Assembly: GCA_000697335.1 (NCBI GenBank)
Contig: JNEM01010272.1
Location: forward strand, 1 to 41,956
Direction of reading: 5' to 3'
Source of the DNA: Conidiobolus incongruus B7586
Taxonomy: Eukaryota
Length of the DNA: 41,956 nt
A program made the position numbers and the translations under genes. The notes under the pieces were generated by a model. It was not told where the DNA came from and did no database searches. It was given only the letters and a program-made list of their open reading frames with translations. Position 1 is the stretch's first letter. Each line of letters begins with the position of its first letter. Positions 23,819-37,854 of this stretch are shown here, one piece after another.

Positions 23819-24830
23819 TCAATCCGATATATCGTCGGTTTCTATGCCGATAAAAAAAGCTAATGTCGCTGCCAAATGTCTTCTTTGTTCCATTGGTATA
23901 TTTTTAGCTTGCTCTAGGCAATGTTAGTATTGAATTTGAATAACCATAGAATAAAAACTTACCTCTTAGATTTTGAATTTTATCAACTGCTTGATTTAAA
24001 TCAAATACCATTGCATAAAAAATTGAAATCAAAATTAGATAGCTTATTAAATAATGTTTGATGTAATTAATCAATTTATTTAGTAGGCAATTCTGATACT
24101 TATTTTAAAACAATTGAGCCAAAATAAAACAAATACAATGATTACCTTGAGCGTAATTATCCAATAAATCTTTGTTCAATATACCTAAACAGATACTTAG
24201 TTATTTGGCTATTTGGGAGGTATAATCATTACCTCAACTTGTTTGATTTTTACTAATCATTTCTATACCTTCCGAAGTATGAAATTGAAGACTTGTGTCC
24301 AATTCATTAATGGATTCTATTCAATGATCAACATTGAGAAACTATATGATTATAATATCCAACTACCTCCTTCATCTGATGAATCAATATCAAAATATTC
24401 GAACTTATTTTCAATGAACCAACCAAAGAACTGAACTGTATCTACCTGTTGTTGATTCTGGTTGTTTAAATTTAAACTGCATCCGATCAAAATGCTAGAT
24501 TTGTTTGGTTGGATTAAAGGAAGCCAAGGTTTGACTTTATTAAAAGAATCAGCCTAGCGAATTAATTAATATACGAATATATATGTTTAATATAAATTTA
24601 CATTAAATTTATCAAACATAAATAAGAAGTCATCAATAAATTGGAATAATTCTTCGTAATTATTTAAAATCTCTTGATTCACTGTATCAATTATGGTATC
24701 TGACTAAATATCCATATTAAATTTATAATATTTATTATTTAAATTGAATTTAGTAGTAAAAATATTGTTGTTATTTTCTCTTACTAATAATTTATCTTCA
24801 ATGGGGAATCGGTATTAGATAAAATTTGTA
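23819..24830 (-). pseudogene. AAGAB: Alpha/gamma-adaptin-binding protein p34 (AAGAB/Irc6) pseudogene
   Basis: Spliced translation: LNNKYYKFNMDI*SD, FLFMFD, VKPWLPLI, GWFIENKFEYFDI, FDLNQAVDKIQNLREQAKNIPMEQRRHLAA. In-frame stops at 24704-06 (a conserved W position), 24234-36, 24076-78 and 24067-69, plus a frameshift near 24020. The 5' end is not recoverable. Confidence 0.75.
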
Positions 24831-25510
24831 GATTTATATTTAAAATTAGATATGAATAAATATATAATATAATTTATTTGAATTAATTTCAATTTTAATA
24901 TATGACTATCGATTAAAACTGATAATTTATTCCTTTTAATATTTGACATTTTTTATTCAAGAAAATATTAAAAAATTCTTATCGTTTAATTATCTAAAAA
25001 TAAATTGAACTTAAATATTATATCATTTCTTTTTTCAACTATGGTATAATTTTATATGATATAGAAATTTAAGTTTAATACTACTGTTATATTGGAACTA
25101 TACTACTTTTGCTCTAAAATTAGTAATATTGAGAGTTTTCGAAATAATAGTCATTTTAATATATCATTATATTCGATAAATCAAGAGATCATATTTTAAT
25201 AATTTGCGATATTTATCAATAACTCTTATCTGATTGAAATTGTTTATTGGTAAAAGATGATCTAAATTGAAATTTATTATATAATAATGAGTGAATATGA
25301 TATTTTCAAAAAAAATATATTTACTTAAAAAATAAATCGATATAATTAAAATTTCCGTTAACTTTGGAAATTATATACTATAAAATTATTTTTAAAGAGA
25401 AATATCATTCAAAACAAAGAATTTTCCAATCCCATAAAATTAAAATGATCCAAAATGCATTAAATTAATGTGTCTAGCAGTCAACAATATTAATAAATAA
25501 TTCAATAAAA

Positions 25511-26275
25511 ATGTATTCCAATATAAAACAAGTCAAAAGAAAAAATCAATCAAGACCCAATGCACCTGATAGATTAGAATATTTTCAAATCTTGATAGAT
25601 GAATTTCAAGCAGCTGAAGAAATAGGTATTGAATCAGTAATTTATAATATCACCTGTATTTTAATATTTAATAGATATAAAATACAAAATTATTTGTCAT
25701 TTGAGTAATTTTGCATATGATCCAATTAATTATAATTGGTTTAGACAATTAAATATTGTAGAATTATTTTTAGGTAATAGTTCAAATTCAAATTCAAATT
25801 ATACCAGTATTATTAATTAGTATTCATTAGATTGTTTATTAGAAACCGATGAAAAACTAATGGAATTGAGTATGTCAGGTATTTGCAATTTATGTTCAGG
25901 TAAATTAATATTAATATTTAAATGAGTATAATATATTAATAATACTCAAATAAGATCCTGTTAATCAAGAGATAATAATTGATGAAGGAGGAATTGATCT
26001 AATTAAAAACTGTTTAAATTTCAATAATTTTGAAATTATTCAATCAGCTTTATTAACTTTAATATTTTTATTAAATGAAGATACTTACCATAGTAATAAT
26101 TATTTAAATTTTTATTATATTTTTATTATATTTATATTAATTTTGATTATTATTATTAGTGATTTGTACTGAAGACTTAAAAGAATTTTTGAGCAATTTA
26201 TCTAATTCCAAAAATCCATGTTTGTCCAATTTGAGCAGAGTGTTTTTGAATAAATATTGGTTCAAGGATTGCTAA
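25511..26275 (+). CDS. ARMC7: Armadillo repeat-containing protein 7 (minor-spliceosome-associated)
   Basis: Exons 25511-25625, 25675-25773, 25831-25899, 25955-26092, 26160-26275. The translation [59 protein letters not shown] matches ARMC7. Confidence 0.9.
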
Positions 26276-27387
26276 TCAACTAAATATTTTAATATATAAT
26301 AATAAAGTAAATGGTCATTATATAACATCTGTCATGTTATTTTTCTTTACATAAATCTTCATTAAAATTTTTATAATTTCGCATTTTTGTTAATTTTTCA
26401 AGATTTCAAATATATAAAAATGATGTTATTAAACAAAACTCTATATCTATAGTCATAATATACAAAAATATTAACATATAAAAATAAATCAATTGATAAT
26501 TAGTCTAAATTTGATATATTGGTGGTTCTACATTGGAGATAACCTCTTTTGACCTGGACAAATATCTTATATTTATAACTTTTTTTGGATTTTTTAGCCT
26601 TAATATATATCATATTTATATCTATAACTAAAACATACATCTTTCTATATAATATTAGTATTTAATCAATATTGCTAGTGATTTTCTCAATCCAATATAA
26701 ATACAAATAGTTCATTGAGATTCAGAAATTAAAAAATTGGAGCATTGTACCTAGTATAACTTATATTATAAATTGATAAAATTTTAAATTGGAGTAACTA
26801 ACAGCATAAATATAATAATTTCTTGATACCTCACAAATAGCAGATATATGTATAATTATTCAACATATATATCAAATGGTAATAACTAAAATAATTCAAG
26901 AATTATTTGTAAGTAAAAAATTACAAATGACTTAGATTGATCTTACGATACTAATTTAGCTCTTTAACTAAAAGTATTTCTATATATAATATTTTTATTT
27001 TATAATATCCGATAATCCCACCAATATAGAATAAATTAACAAGTTCCTTAGCTTTATTTTCACTGCCACATACTCTACCAATGATATACATCTTTAATAA
27101 CTATAATCAAATCAACGCTTAAACATGTAAATTTTATTTTTAATCTTATAAAGCAATTATTTATTAATATAGACTATTAGGTTATTTTATGTATTTAATT
27201 GATGTTAAAGACTTGAAAATATTAGTTATTATGTAATTTGTATTTTTTAATTCAACAAAATTATATTATTGTCTATTAAATTTTGTTAAGTTTCATTGTA
27301 TATATGATATTAGAGGAATTATTTATCTATTAAATTACATCAATCAATGTTCAGCTAAATTTAATAACTAGTTCAAGGCTTTCTCTA

Positions 27388-30300
27388 ATGGTTTTTTTCT
27401 AACGTCAAATCCTTCAAACTAGAGTACTTAATCCGAATCTTCCTTTTTACTAGTTTGGAAAAATATCTAATGGCAACAGTAATCATAAGGAAATAGATCT
27501 AATTAATAAATTTAACAAATATAACAAATTAAATTTTTATTAGATTCGACTTACAATTTGGCTAGTGGAGGTTGTTATGATAGAATGGAGCTTATATCTT
27601 CAAAGAAAAGATTTGTATCAATAGGAGAAATGTCTGTAGAATTAACAGGGTTTGAAGAGATCAATGCAAAACGCTTCACAAGAACTCAATTCTTTTTATG
27701 TACCAGTATAGTATTTTAGGGTCCAGGACTTATCAAATACAGTTTATGGACTTCAAGACCTATATGATTTCATGTTGCTAAAAATGATAAAACAATCTTT
27801 CCATTTCCCTTTCGACTTCCCAATGATCTACTCAGCACTGTTGAATTTAGGCATATAGAATGCATTCGATCCGTGATTGCTGAAATGGTAACAGCCTTTT
27901 ATAATAATAAACAGGATGTTCTATATAAAGTAAATGAAGCTTTTGTCCTTGAATGTTCGATTTATCAACAGCCCACACTTATTCATAAAATCCCGATTCA
28001 GCCAATGATTAAGTGAAGAATGTTTATGGGTGGACCTAATCCAATTCTTCTCAGTGTAATTTTCACTGAGTTATTATTCTGCGGCGGAGGGAATATTGCA
28101 ATAAAAGTTGGTGTTAGAAATGAAAAATATTTGAACATTGATGATGATACAAATATGACGCAGTTTACTCAATTTTTAACAATAGAATAGGTCCAAAGCA
28201 CTAATTTTATCTTTGGGCCGGGTGAGGATCGAGTAGTTATCCTAAATATCTTAGTTTCTCATTCTGCTTGCACAATTATTAATGCATCATTATTCCAAGT
28301 GAACTGTTTTTTAGTTGCCATGGGTTTTGCTGTTTTAAACAATGAAATAACTTTGCGACTTTCCATCGTTCTAAATCATTCAGCTTCCCTTCAACCACCT
28401 CCATTCAATAGCTTGTTACACAACTATTGTCCAAACCATTTTCAATATGAAGGAAAAATCTATCTAGTTCTTATCAAAATCAAGTTAGTATAATTATGCT
28501 CTTGCTTCACCATCTAATCGGCGTTTACCTTGGAACATTGGCCATAGACCGCCAGTGCTATCATTTCATCAAATTCGACCGCCTGTTTCAGCTTCCTCCT
28601 CTCCACTTGCTTACTCTCCTGGCACCAGCCCTGCTTCAGTTATTGACTCTCAAATGAAATTGAACCAATTACATTCTGACATAGTTTCCTTCGCAAAAAT
28701 CTAGCAATACTTTGATTTAAGCTACTTGTAGTCCAAAGAGTTTCCCATTATATATCAAATATCTATCGAACCTCCTGCAATATTCCTTCTGAATCTCATT
28801 CTCATAAAATTGCACATCCATCTAAATCCCTTATAACATCGATCAATTTCCATATCTTTCCAAGCCTATAGCAATATTAACACATTCTCATCCAAATTCT
28901 AATTTCTATCACAATATGACCAGTCCAAGTGATATGAATTTACTGCCAATTCTCTCTTTAAATGAATTATACCTTAGAAAATTAATTTAACTAGGTAAAT
29001 TATAACGAAAAAGCTGCAGATGCATTAGTTTTTTCAAAAAATAGCATTCCTGATAGTATGGCTGAATCCAATCAATCCGCGGAGCTTTCCAATCTATTGA
29101 ATGCCAAAACCAAGTCTTAGCATTAACAACTTAAAAATGATTTATTTTTAAAAGAATCAAATTAATATTTATTCGAAAATTTGCCAAAGTCATTAACAGA
29201 GCTTTAAAGCTAAACTCATATATTGACCTCAAATCCTTAAATCAGCCATATTATTTGGCAAGTACACTGCAAGGCATTTCTCAACTTGATAAATTATCAA
29301 GCCATTTTAATGGATTTTCTTCTTCGAATAGAGTCCATTTATTTGTAACTGGGTATATGGATCAAATTGAATCCTAAACAATACATCGATATTCTACCGA
29401 AGCTTCTGATAATACTGATGAGCAACAGCAACGTGATATACCTTCTTGTTTTGAAGTCAGTTTTAAAGTTTCCGATTCTATAGAGCCACAAGATGCCTAA
29501 ATCATGGATGGTCGATCAAACGATGTGTCACATCTACAGTTTTCATCATCGATCGAAATCCCAGATATCATATTGGAGAATCTCCCCAAATCTAATACTA
29601 CAAATCATTTAGTTATCTCTAGTAAACATCGTTCAAATCAATTGAATACAGTGAGAAATGTGGAATTTGAAGTGCCAAACCACACAAGAATTTTAACACT
29701 AGTATACCATCAATTATAATTAATATTAACTCAATTTTTCTCATTCAGATTGCCAATCGATCGATCTCCAAAAATCTCATGAGACACATCACTACTTGGA
29801 CCTCTTGGCATCAGCTTCCAGTTTTGAGGTATCATCGTCTCAAGCACTAGCTAATGCCAATTACAGTAGCTTATCCGAAAATTTCACCAATATTTATTTC
29901 AAGAAAGACAGCGGTAACTAACCAAATGATGGCGTTAGTAAGCCTAATATCAAATCTAAGAGTAATCATCCATCATCAAGCAAGACTGTTCCTGTAAAAA
30001 CTGATTATTCTTTACCATATTCGAGTTCCGAATCAATAGTTGATAGCTCACCTCATTTGGCCAGCTATAAGTTACATGAGAAGTTATCACAAGCTGATGA
30101 AACATCTGTATTGGCACATTCCGACTCAAAAAGTACTAAATCTATACTCTTTTCAGAATATCTCAAAAATAGCAATGCTAGCATCAACGTTGAAAATGAT
30201 ATTTCTTCACAATTGATCATCAACCCTACTATTACACAATCCAACCATCAAGAACGCGAATCTATCGACACCATATTTTACCCCATTCTACAACCAACTC

Positions 30301-30644
30301 TAATCAGTCATCCTTCACTACCCACCGATTCCAATCCCTCGGAAAAACATCATACACTAGTAATCAATTGGTATCTGGAATCAAAATTATCCGAAATTCA
30401 ACCCAAGCAATTCCAAAATACCATTACATTGTTAAAGCTGCGAAATCAAGGGTTATCCAATGACTACTCAACAAATCAGTCGCGCTTGCGTTGGAGCAAA
30501 AGGGGAATATTTCAGCTACCATTACTAATCCCCCAACTCCAAAATTGCATCATTCTCAGCTACTCAGTCTTAACAAAAGCGAACTGGAAGGAGTTGAATT
30601 CTTCATTGCAAGCACTAAATTCAGCAAGCACCTCCAAATTATAG
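27388..30644 (+). pseudogene. Arrestin-domain protein pseudogene with long Ser/Pro-rich tail
   Basis: One frame over ~27545-28490 gives IGEMSVELTGFEE, KTIFPFPFRLPND, MFMGG, GGNIAIKVGVRN, LFQVNCFL and HSASLQPPP (arrestin N and C domains). It is interrupted by in-frame stops at 27717, 27765, 28014 and 28188. The downstream coding-like sequence is broken into short ORFs (29504, 30057). The 5' boundary is approximate. Confidence 0.75.
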
Positions 30645-32201
30645 CAGTTAATCAAATAATATAATAACCAATAATGTTTACCAAGTGCATGACATTTTAT
30701 TTTTTTGACTATCAATAAAATTTACCCTTTTAATTATAATATATCAATAATTATTATATAATAATATTTCATTGTTGCTAACGTATTTATAATCAATAAT
30801 ATTATTACAAAAATAGAATGCATTATTGTTTGTTGAATATAACTTGGCTATTATCTATTCAATGGTTACTGATCGTGAAATTTCAATTGAAATAAAACAT
30901 TAATTACTAAATTTTGAAAAATTAAAGATAAATTTAATTTCTAGAGTCAGCATTATAATTTTTAAAATACATCAATTCATCCATATGTAAAATTATTGGT
31001 GCAATTGAATAATAGCTAAATAATTCAACACAACAAATAAAATTGATTTAACTACCACAGTTGTATGAGAAAGGAATAATTGAGGTAATTTACCTTTTTG
31101 CAAAGCCATTTTCTATTTCAAATTTATTTCAAAGTTCAAATATAAAAATAAATTTTATAATGAATACAGAATATAATCAAAATGTAAATATTTATTAGCA
31201 ATATATAGTTGTAGATCCCAAAATTTAAAATAAATATGTATTCTACTTTGAAATAATTTAAATGTTAAACTTGATATTTCTTTGACATATTTCTACTTTA
31301 ATATAATAGAACCATTATATCATTTTGATGAAATTATATTAATTTTTGAAAAATTGATTAAAACTCTCTTATATTTTAATTAACTCCTTAAATTAATTGA
31401 AAATTAGAAAAATTAAACTTTAAACCTAAATTTGGTATAATGACTCGTTGAAAATATCATATGATAACGAGTTACAATATAAAAATTATTAATCAATCAA
31501 TGATATATAAGTGTACCTTTCTAATCATTTTACAAAATTTGCCCTATATACCCAAATTTGGTTTAGATTCGATTTAATTTCATCCATTTGCTAATAATCT
31601 ATCATTTTCAATCTTGATTATATTGAGTTATATTTGTTAAAAACTATAACAGCAATTATATTCACACCAAGTATAACTTCATTTAACATTAATAGTTTAG
31701 AATCGAATGAATGAATACAGGAATAATTATTTTAATTGAAAAATAATAGGAGATAAACAATTGACAATATTAGATAAAATCAATGATGATAAATGAAATG
31801 AATATTAGCTTAAATTTTGAACCAAGAACTAAATGAAATTTGGCTTGAATTTGACACCTTACACTTTACAAACCGCCTCACTTTTACATATCAACCATTT
31901 AGTCAACAATTCCGAACCTAAAAACAACTCAAGTTATATTGATTTGATTTGATAATTTATTTACACAAATTGATTCACATTAATCATCTAATAATTTTGC
32001 ATAATTTAACTAAGTTTTAACATGATGTTCAACAAATAGAATAAATTAATTTTCAAATATTCTTTTTATTAATCGTTTTTGTTCTTTAATTAGATTCTAA
32101 AAAATTTTATTAATTATTAATTTTTTTTCAGTTTTGTATTGTATTATATAATATAATTTTTTAATATAATTTACATTTCATTCCATTGATTAATTAACAA
32201 T

Positions 32202-33838
32202 ATGATGGCTCAAAAATCCCCCAACCCTAGTGAAAATTCCGAATTTATTAAAACTGAAAACTTGGGCTTTGACGAAAATGATAACAGTGAAAAGGGCAAG
32301 ATGAGTTTTATTATGACTCTATTAAAGAAATTAATCGGAGTGAGCGATATTGCCAACTTGTAAGTTGAATAACTTATAGTTATACATGAAGGTGGTTAGG
32401 TATACTAATTGGAGTTTAGGAGAATTTCTTTACCTGCTCAAATGCTTGACCCTATCCCCAATTTGGAACATTATACTTGGTTGGATCGTCCCGATTATTT
32501 TGCTTGGTAAATTATATTTTTTTTCATTATATTATATATATTTATTCACATTTGAATATCAATTAGTTTAAGTCAACCTCAGGACCCTTTAGAACGAATG
32601 ATAGGCGTAGTTCGTTATTGCTTCTCCAAAGAGATAAAATTTGCCGTAATTAATATTTTCGAGTTTCATTTCTCTTTTCAATATTAATTTGAATTTACAG
32701 AAAGATACTATTAAAAAGCCCTATAACTCAGTGCTTGGAGAAAAATTCCTATGTCACTGGAATGTTCCTTTACCCAATTCAACTGATAATAGGCTCGTCA
32801 AAGTCACTATGGTAAGTGAACAAACTTCTCACCATCCCCCTATCTCCGCTTTTTGGTACGAATGTAAAGAAACTGGGGTTGTAGCTTGCGGAATGGATCA
32901 AGTTAAAGCTAAATTCACTGGAACATGTAAATACATAAAAAAATTACGTAATTATATTATATTGATCAAAATAACCTTGATAGCAATCAAAGTAGAACCT
33001 GGAAGTAGTGCTAGGGGGATTTATATTACACTTCAAAACCATGGTGAAGAGTATCATCTCACCCATCCAACAGGTCATGTTCAGGGCATTTTAACAGGAA
33101 GTCCCAATTTAGCTTATTCAGAATTTTATTGTATATCTTGTCCTCAAACCAAACTTAGGGCATTTATCGAATTTAAGCCTGAGGTATTGTTAATTCTTCA
33201 TAATCTTTGTTCTAGTATTAATCAATTATATAGAGATGGATTGGTAAATCGAGATACTTGATAGAAGGAAAACTTTTCAAATTCGAGCCAACTTACGAAA
33301 CTTCTAAAACGGAGCCCGATCTGCCTCCATCTAATTTCAAATTAAGCTATATCAAAGACGACCAAACACTTGCTAACTTTTGGGGTAGTTGGCGTTCAAA
33401 GGTGTTCTATAACTACGGCCATTCCAATAAGGTAATAAGAATTATTAAGTACTCATTAAAGGTAATTTTATTGATGTTGCATGAAGGAGGAAAAACTACT
33501 TTTTGATATTGAAAAACATGATATTGTTCCCAAAAATGTCAAACCATTGGAAGAAATGGAAGAGTTTGAATCTAGAAAGTAATACATTTATGTCAATCAA
33601 CATCATTCATCAATACTAAATAATTAAATCTAGAATCTGGAATGAAGTTACAGTCAATATCAAGAACAAAGAATTTAGCAAGGCAACGAAAGCCAAACAA
33701 GCAATTGAAGATGCTCAAAGGAAGAGAGCAGCTTTGCGCAAAGAGAGGGGAGAAGTCCACGTTCCTGAATACTTTATAATACCCGAAGATCAACCTCACA
33801 AACCTATCTTAAAAGAGAATTTGAATTTAAAATACTAA
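32202..33838 (+). CDS. Oxysterol-binding protein (ORP/Osh family, short form), multi-exon
   Basis: Spliced motifs: GVSDIANLRISLPAQMLDP, DPLERMIGVVRY, KKPYNSVLGEKF, the signature EQTSHHPPISAF, FWGSWRS, ESR.IW..VT and KQAIEDAQR. Stop TAA at 33836-33838. Confidence 0.92.
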
Positions 33839-34428
33839 CCATTACAATTAATATAAATAACCATTATCTTTATCAAATCCGCACTTCCCATCATATTTTC
33901 AATTATCAATATTATATAACCACAGTTATTACAATTATTTTTATTCACCTTAAATATATTTATTATTTTCTAATAAACAATATTGAAAAATAATCTAGTT
34001 TGATAGTCTGAATATGATGTCATTTAATGCAATTCTTAGTATTAACTTTATAACAAATTATTTTATCCTTCTTTTAAATATTGCTAATCAAATTTATCTT
34101 TATTATTATTATAAAGAATTATTAAGATAATGAAATATAAATATTGTAATTACTTATATAATGCGTAAGTTAAAGATACTGATATACATTTTGAAAATCA
34201 CGATTAAGTTTCAATATATCCAATTATCTTTGTATATTTTATTTTGAAAAAATTAATATATTATTATCTATTATTATTTTAAGTATTGTAAACTATAAAA
34301 ATATCAATGAAAAACGAAAATGAGGAATGTATTAAATAAATTTTATACAAGTGAAATAAAAAAAAATATTTTATACTTTCTAATTTATTAAATATTTTAA
34401 ATAATAATTTTTAACTTAATTTTTTTAA

Positions 34429-36426
34429 TTAAAATTCTGGGTCAAATTGATTTAATATAATCAAAGCTTCTCCAGATATATTAATTAAATGTAATTTATC
34501 TTTCAATAACTGTAAAGTTAAAGGTGTATCATCTTTCAATCTGGATGTTAAATAAGGTAAACTTTCATCTAATCGACCATATAAAAAAGGCTCTAAAACT
34601 TCTAATATTAATAATCCCATTTTGAATAATATTCGAGAATTGAATAGAAAATAATTATCCCATAAGAAACTGAGAAGTTCGATAGGTAGTGTGTAAGAGT
34701 ATAGATTGAGAATCCATGATGTTAAATACATTTCGGTTCTGAGTTGAATTGAATGGAAGTGCAAAAACAGCTAAATAAGTAATATAATTAGTATTGATTA
34801 AATGTTGAACCATGAGGTAATTAAATTACTTTTGGTAAATGTTCAGAAAAGCTCATATTAAATGCTTCAACATATGCTCTAAGCTAAAATTGAAAATCAA
34901 TAAATATTTCAGGATTAAATGAATATTTATATACCTTATCATTATTTGTATAAAATGATTTGTATAGCGGTACTTCGAGTAAACTTTCTAGAGCTACGAA
35001 AGCTTCGAATTCATCTAAATTGAGTAAAAGTGTTCCTACTATTTGACCAACCGATTGTGTCTATAAAATCTGATTATAATTTGTAACGTTGATATAAAGA
35101 AAACGAATTACATAAACTTCTGTGGGAGTCAACGCACAATGAGCTCCTAATATCGACATAATGGATTGGTGCATAGGGCCTTCATTCTATCATATTTTTT
35201 AGTAATAATTAATTGGATTCAATTAAGATAAACTTACATTAAATAATTTAAGCTCAGGATATACTTTTTCGGTTTCCTCCTTAACCAATTTCATATTCAT
35301 TTCCAAAGTGTTTTTATATTGACTAGGAGGATTTAAAAATCGATTTGTTAAGAATTGATATGAATCTTTATCCAATTTCTTTCTGTTGCCAATGACCAAT
35401 GACCATACCTTGCCTCTGCAAGAGGGCGGAATCTCTTTTGTTATGGCTTTTTCAATTTTGGATTTATACTTCGGATCCTTCCAATTGGGCAAAAGTTCCT
35501 GCATCCATACAGATACCTGTTTGTGCAATTCTTCTTCACGTAACTGTTGAATGTATTTAGTTTGACGTAATTTTTCAGCCTCTGATCAAATAATTCGTTA
35601 ATGAATAACTTGATATTAGATGAGTTAGTATAATATAGTTACCTGCTTGCTTCGCTTTAAGCATCATCATCTCAAATTGCTTTTGATGCTTTTTCTCTTC
35701 TTCAGGATCTTTAGGAGGCAAAGAACTATACCATGATCAATCAAAAAATAGTCATATAGATAAATGTGATAATTACCTCAATCTAGTTCTACTACGGATT
35801 TGAGCTTGTTTGATTAAATCAGCACTAAATATATAATATTAATATTAGTATTAATATAAATATAAATATAATATATAATATATAATATAAAGCATAATTT
35901 TAACTTACCCATCAATGGTATCAGAAGATTGATTGTTACCATTGGAGGAGACAGATGAATTAGAGTCCTTTTTAAATTTAAAATTAAACCAACTAGAAGG
36001 CGATTTCTTGGGTTGCTTGATAAAATCATCTCTACTATTAACGGTTGGAGAATTTGGCACCGATGAAGCATTAGGTGGGGATTGCAAATTATTCGACTCA
36101 CTGGAAGAGTGTGTTGAGCTGGATATGGGATTGGCAGGCATTGTTTTGGACCTTGAAAATGAAGCAAAGATAGACTTCTTGGCTTTGGGGTGATCAACAT
36201 TTGAAAAATCCACAGATACGTAGTTACTTGGTAATGTTATCTCTTTGGTATCTTGATAACTCATTGATTTTTGACTTTCCAAAGATAATGACTCTGCGAC
36301 AAATTTGGGTGAGTCTTGCATATATGGCGAACTATTGGAAGAATCCTGTGTTTCTGGACTTAACACAGTGTGGTTGAGGTCTAAATCTTGAAGCATGGAA
36401 TCAATGGGATCTATTGTATTGCTCAT
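34429..36426 (-). CDS. TBC-domain RabGAP-like protein (TBC1D14/TBC1D12-like), multi-exon
   Basis: Spliced motifs: TRLSSLPPKDPEEEKKHQKQFEMMMLKAK, VWMQELLPNW, IPPSCRGKVWSLVIGN, GPMHQSIMSILGA..VYTQ, MYLTSWILNLYSYTLPIELLSFLWDNY. Confidence 0.88.
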
Positions 36427-37407
36427 TTTCGAAATATTTTGTCGAAATGATGTATTGAATGATAATTGATGTGTTGAAATTTGGTTGGTTTAGTTTTAAA
36501 CTTTCTTAATAATGAGTGTTGATAAAAACGATTTTGCCTCAATCAACTTTATTTAGTTTGTGTTGGCTTAGTTCAAAAATTAATCTTGAATATTCACTTA
36601 TACAAATGAATTAAAATAATTTTAAACAAGTAATGCACTCACTCAATTAAGCAATAGACAATATGTTATATATTAATTAAGACTTAATAATATTTAAGGA
36701 TTATTGATATGAATCACTGAATGATAAACAATGAATACTCTTCAAACAAATATTAAGTAATTTGGATGGTGGGAATAGGGTTATGGGTCAAAATATTTAT
36801 AAATAGATTTTAAATCCCATTTAACAGTCATAAATTCGAATTCTGTTTTATAACAACGACTTATTAAATTCGACTTTTTTCATGTATTATCATACTATAT
36901 TGATTAAATATTCAATAAAAATTATTTTACCATCCTTGATTTTATTATATATTACTTTATAAACTATTAGATTTTATAATTCATATAATAATTGTTATTC
37001 GATATCATTCTTGAGTATACTATTAAAATTAAAATTATTGAAAATTGGTCAATATATAAAAGGGAAATTTTAGTATATTTTTTGAATATTTATCACACGA
37101 ATATATATCTTTCAATTTTCAAATTGATAAATCATGTGGCGGAAATTTTTTATATTTGTTGATTTATATTTTATCTTTTGTGAATAATACTTATTATTTC
37201 CATTAAATTTAAATCCAAGGGAATAAAAAATTTTTAAGGATATATTAAAGAATAATATAAAAATATATATTAATGTATATAGAATTTAATAATATGAAAC
37301 AAATTTATATATTATAACAAGCAAAGCAAGAATGGAAAATTCATATTAAGTGTTTTGAAACATGGACACTCTAAAGATGATTCACATTACAAATATTAGT
37401 ATAAAGA

Positions 37408-37854
37408 TTAATGATTTTGAAATTCATATGCGCCATCTTCACTTTCTCCTTTTGCATAGAAAAAGTTACCCTCATTAATTACATACTTATTATTATGAGT
37501 TGATCTTAATTTGAATCCTTTTTCTGTTTGAATAACATGAAAGAATTTAGCTGGATCATTATTTGGAACATGGATAGTGAGGAGCCCATCATCGCTTACA
37601 GCTAGTGCATGCATATACGTATGGACTGTAAAACCTCTTCTAATTTGAACAGGAGTGTTTTCAGGTACATCACGAGCTCTCTTGAATTCTCTCTCACCAT
37701 AGTAATTTTCAGCGAATGACACATCTGCTACCATCTTTGAGAGAGGATTATTGATTGCTAGAGTGAAAAAGCATGATTGATCATCGTAAGATGACCAAGT
37801 TAAATAATCGCCATTACTATCATATAAAATACTTGTATTATTTATCTCTTCCAT
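37408..37854 (-). CDS. Small intronless protein, possibly beta-trefoil (fascin-like) fold
   Basis: 148-aa ORF. The segments ILYDSNGDYLT, FTVHTYMHALAVSDDGLL and FKLRSTHNNKYV..G..A..A.EF resemble trefoil repeats. The fold call is tentative. Confidence 0.55.
   Translation of the reverse strand: MEEINNTSILYDSNGDYLTWSSYDDQSCFFTLAINNPLSKMVADVSFAENYYGEREFKRARDVPENTPVQIRRGFTVHTYMHALAVSDDGLLTIHVPNNDPAKFFHVIQTEKGFKLRSTHNNKYVINEGNFFYAKGESEDGAYEFQNH

Noticed and set aside
24067..28190. In-frame TAA/TAG/TGA in conserved genes as genetic-code reassignment or selenocysteine
   Set aside because: All three stops terminate intact genes in this window. The internal stops fall at varied residues and come with frameshifts, so pseudogenisation is simpler.
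31441..31474. Imperfect hairpin with central palindrome TATCATATGATA
   Set aside because: Short, AT-rich, single occurrence and no supporting context.
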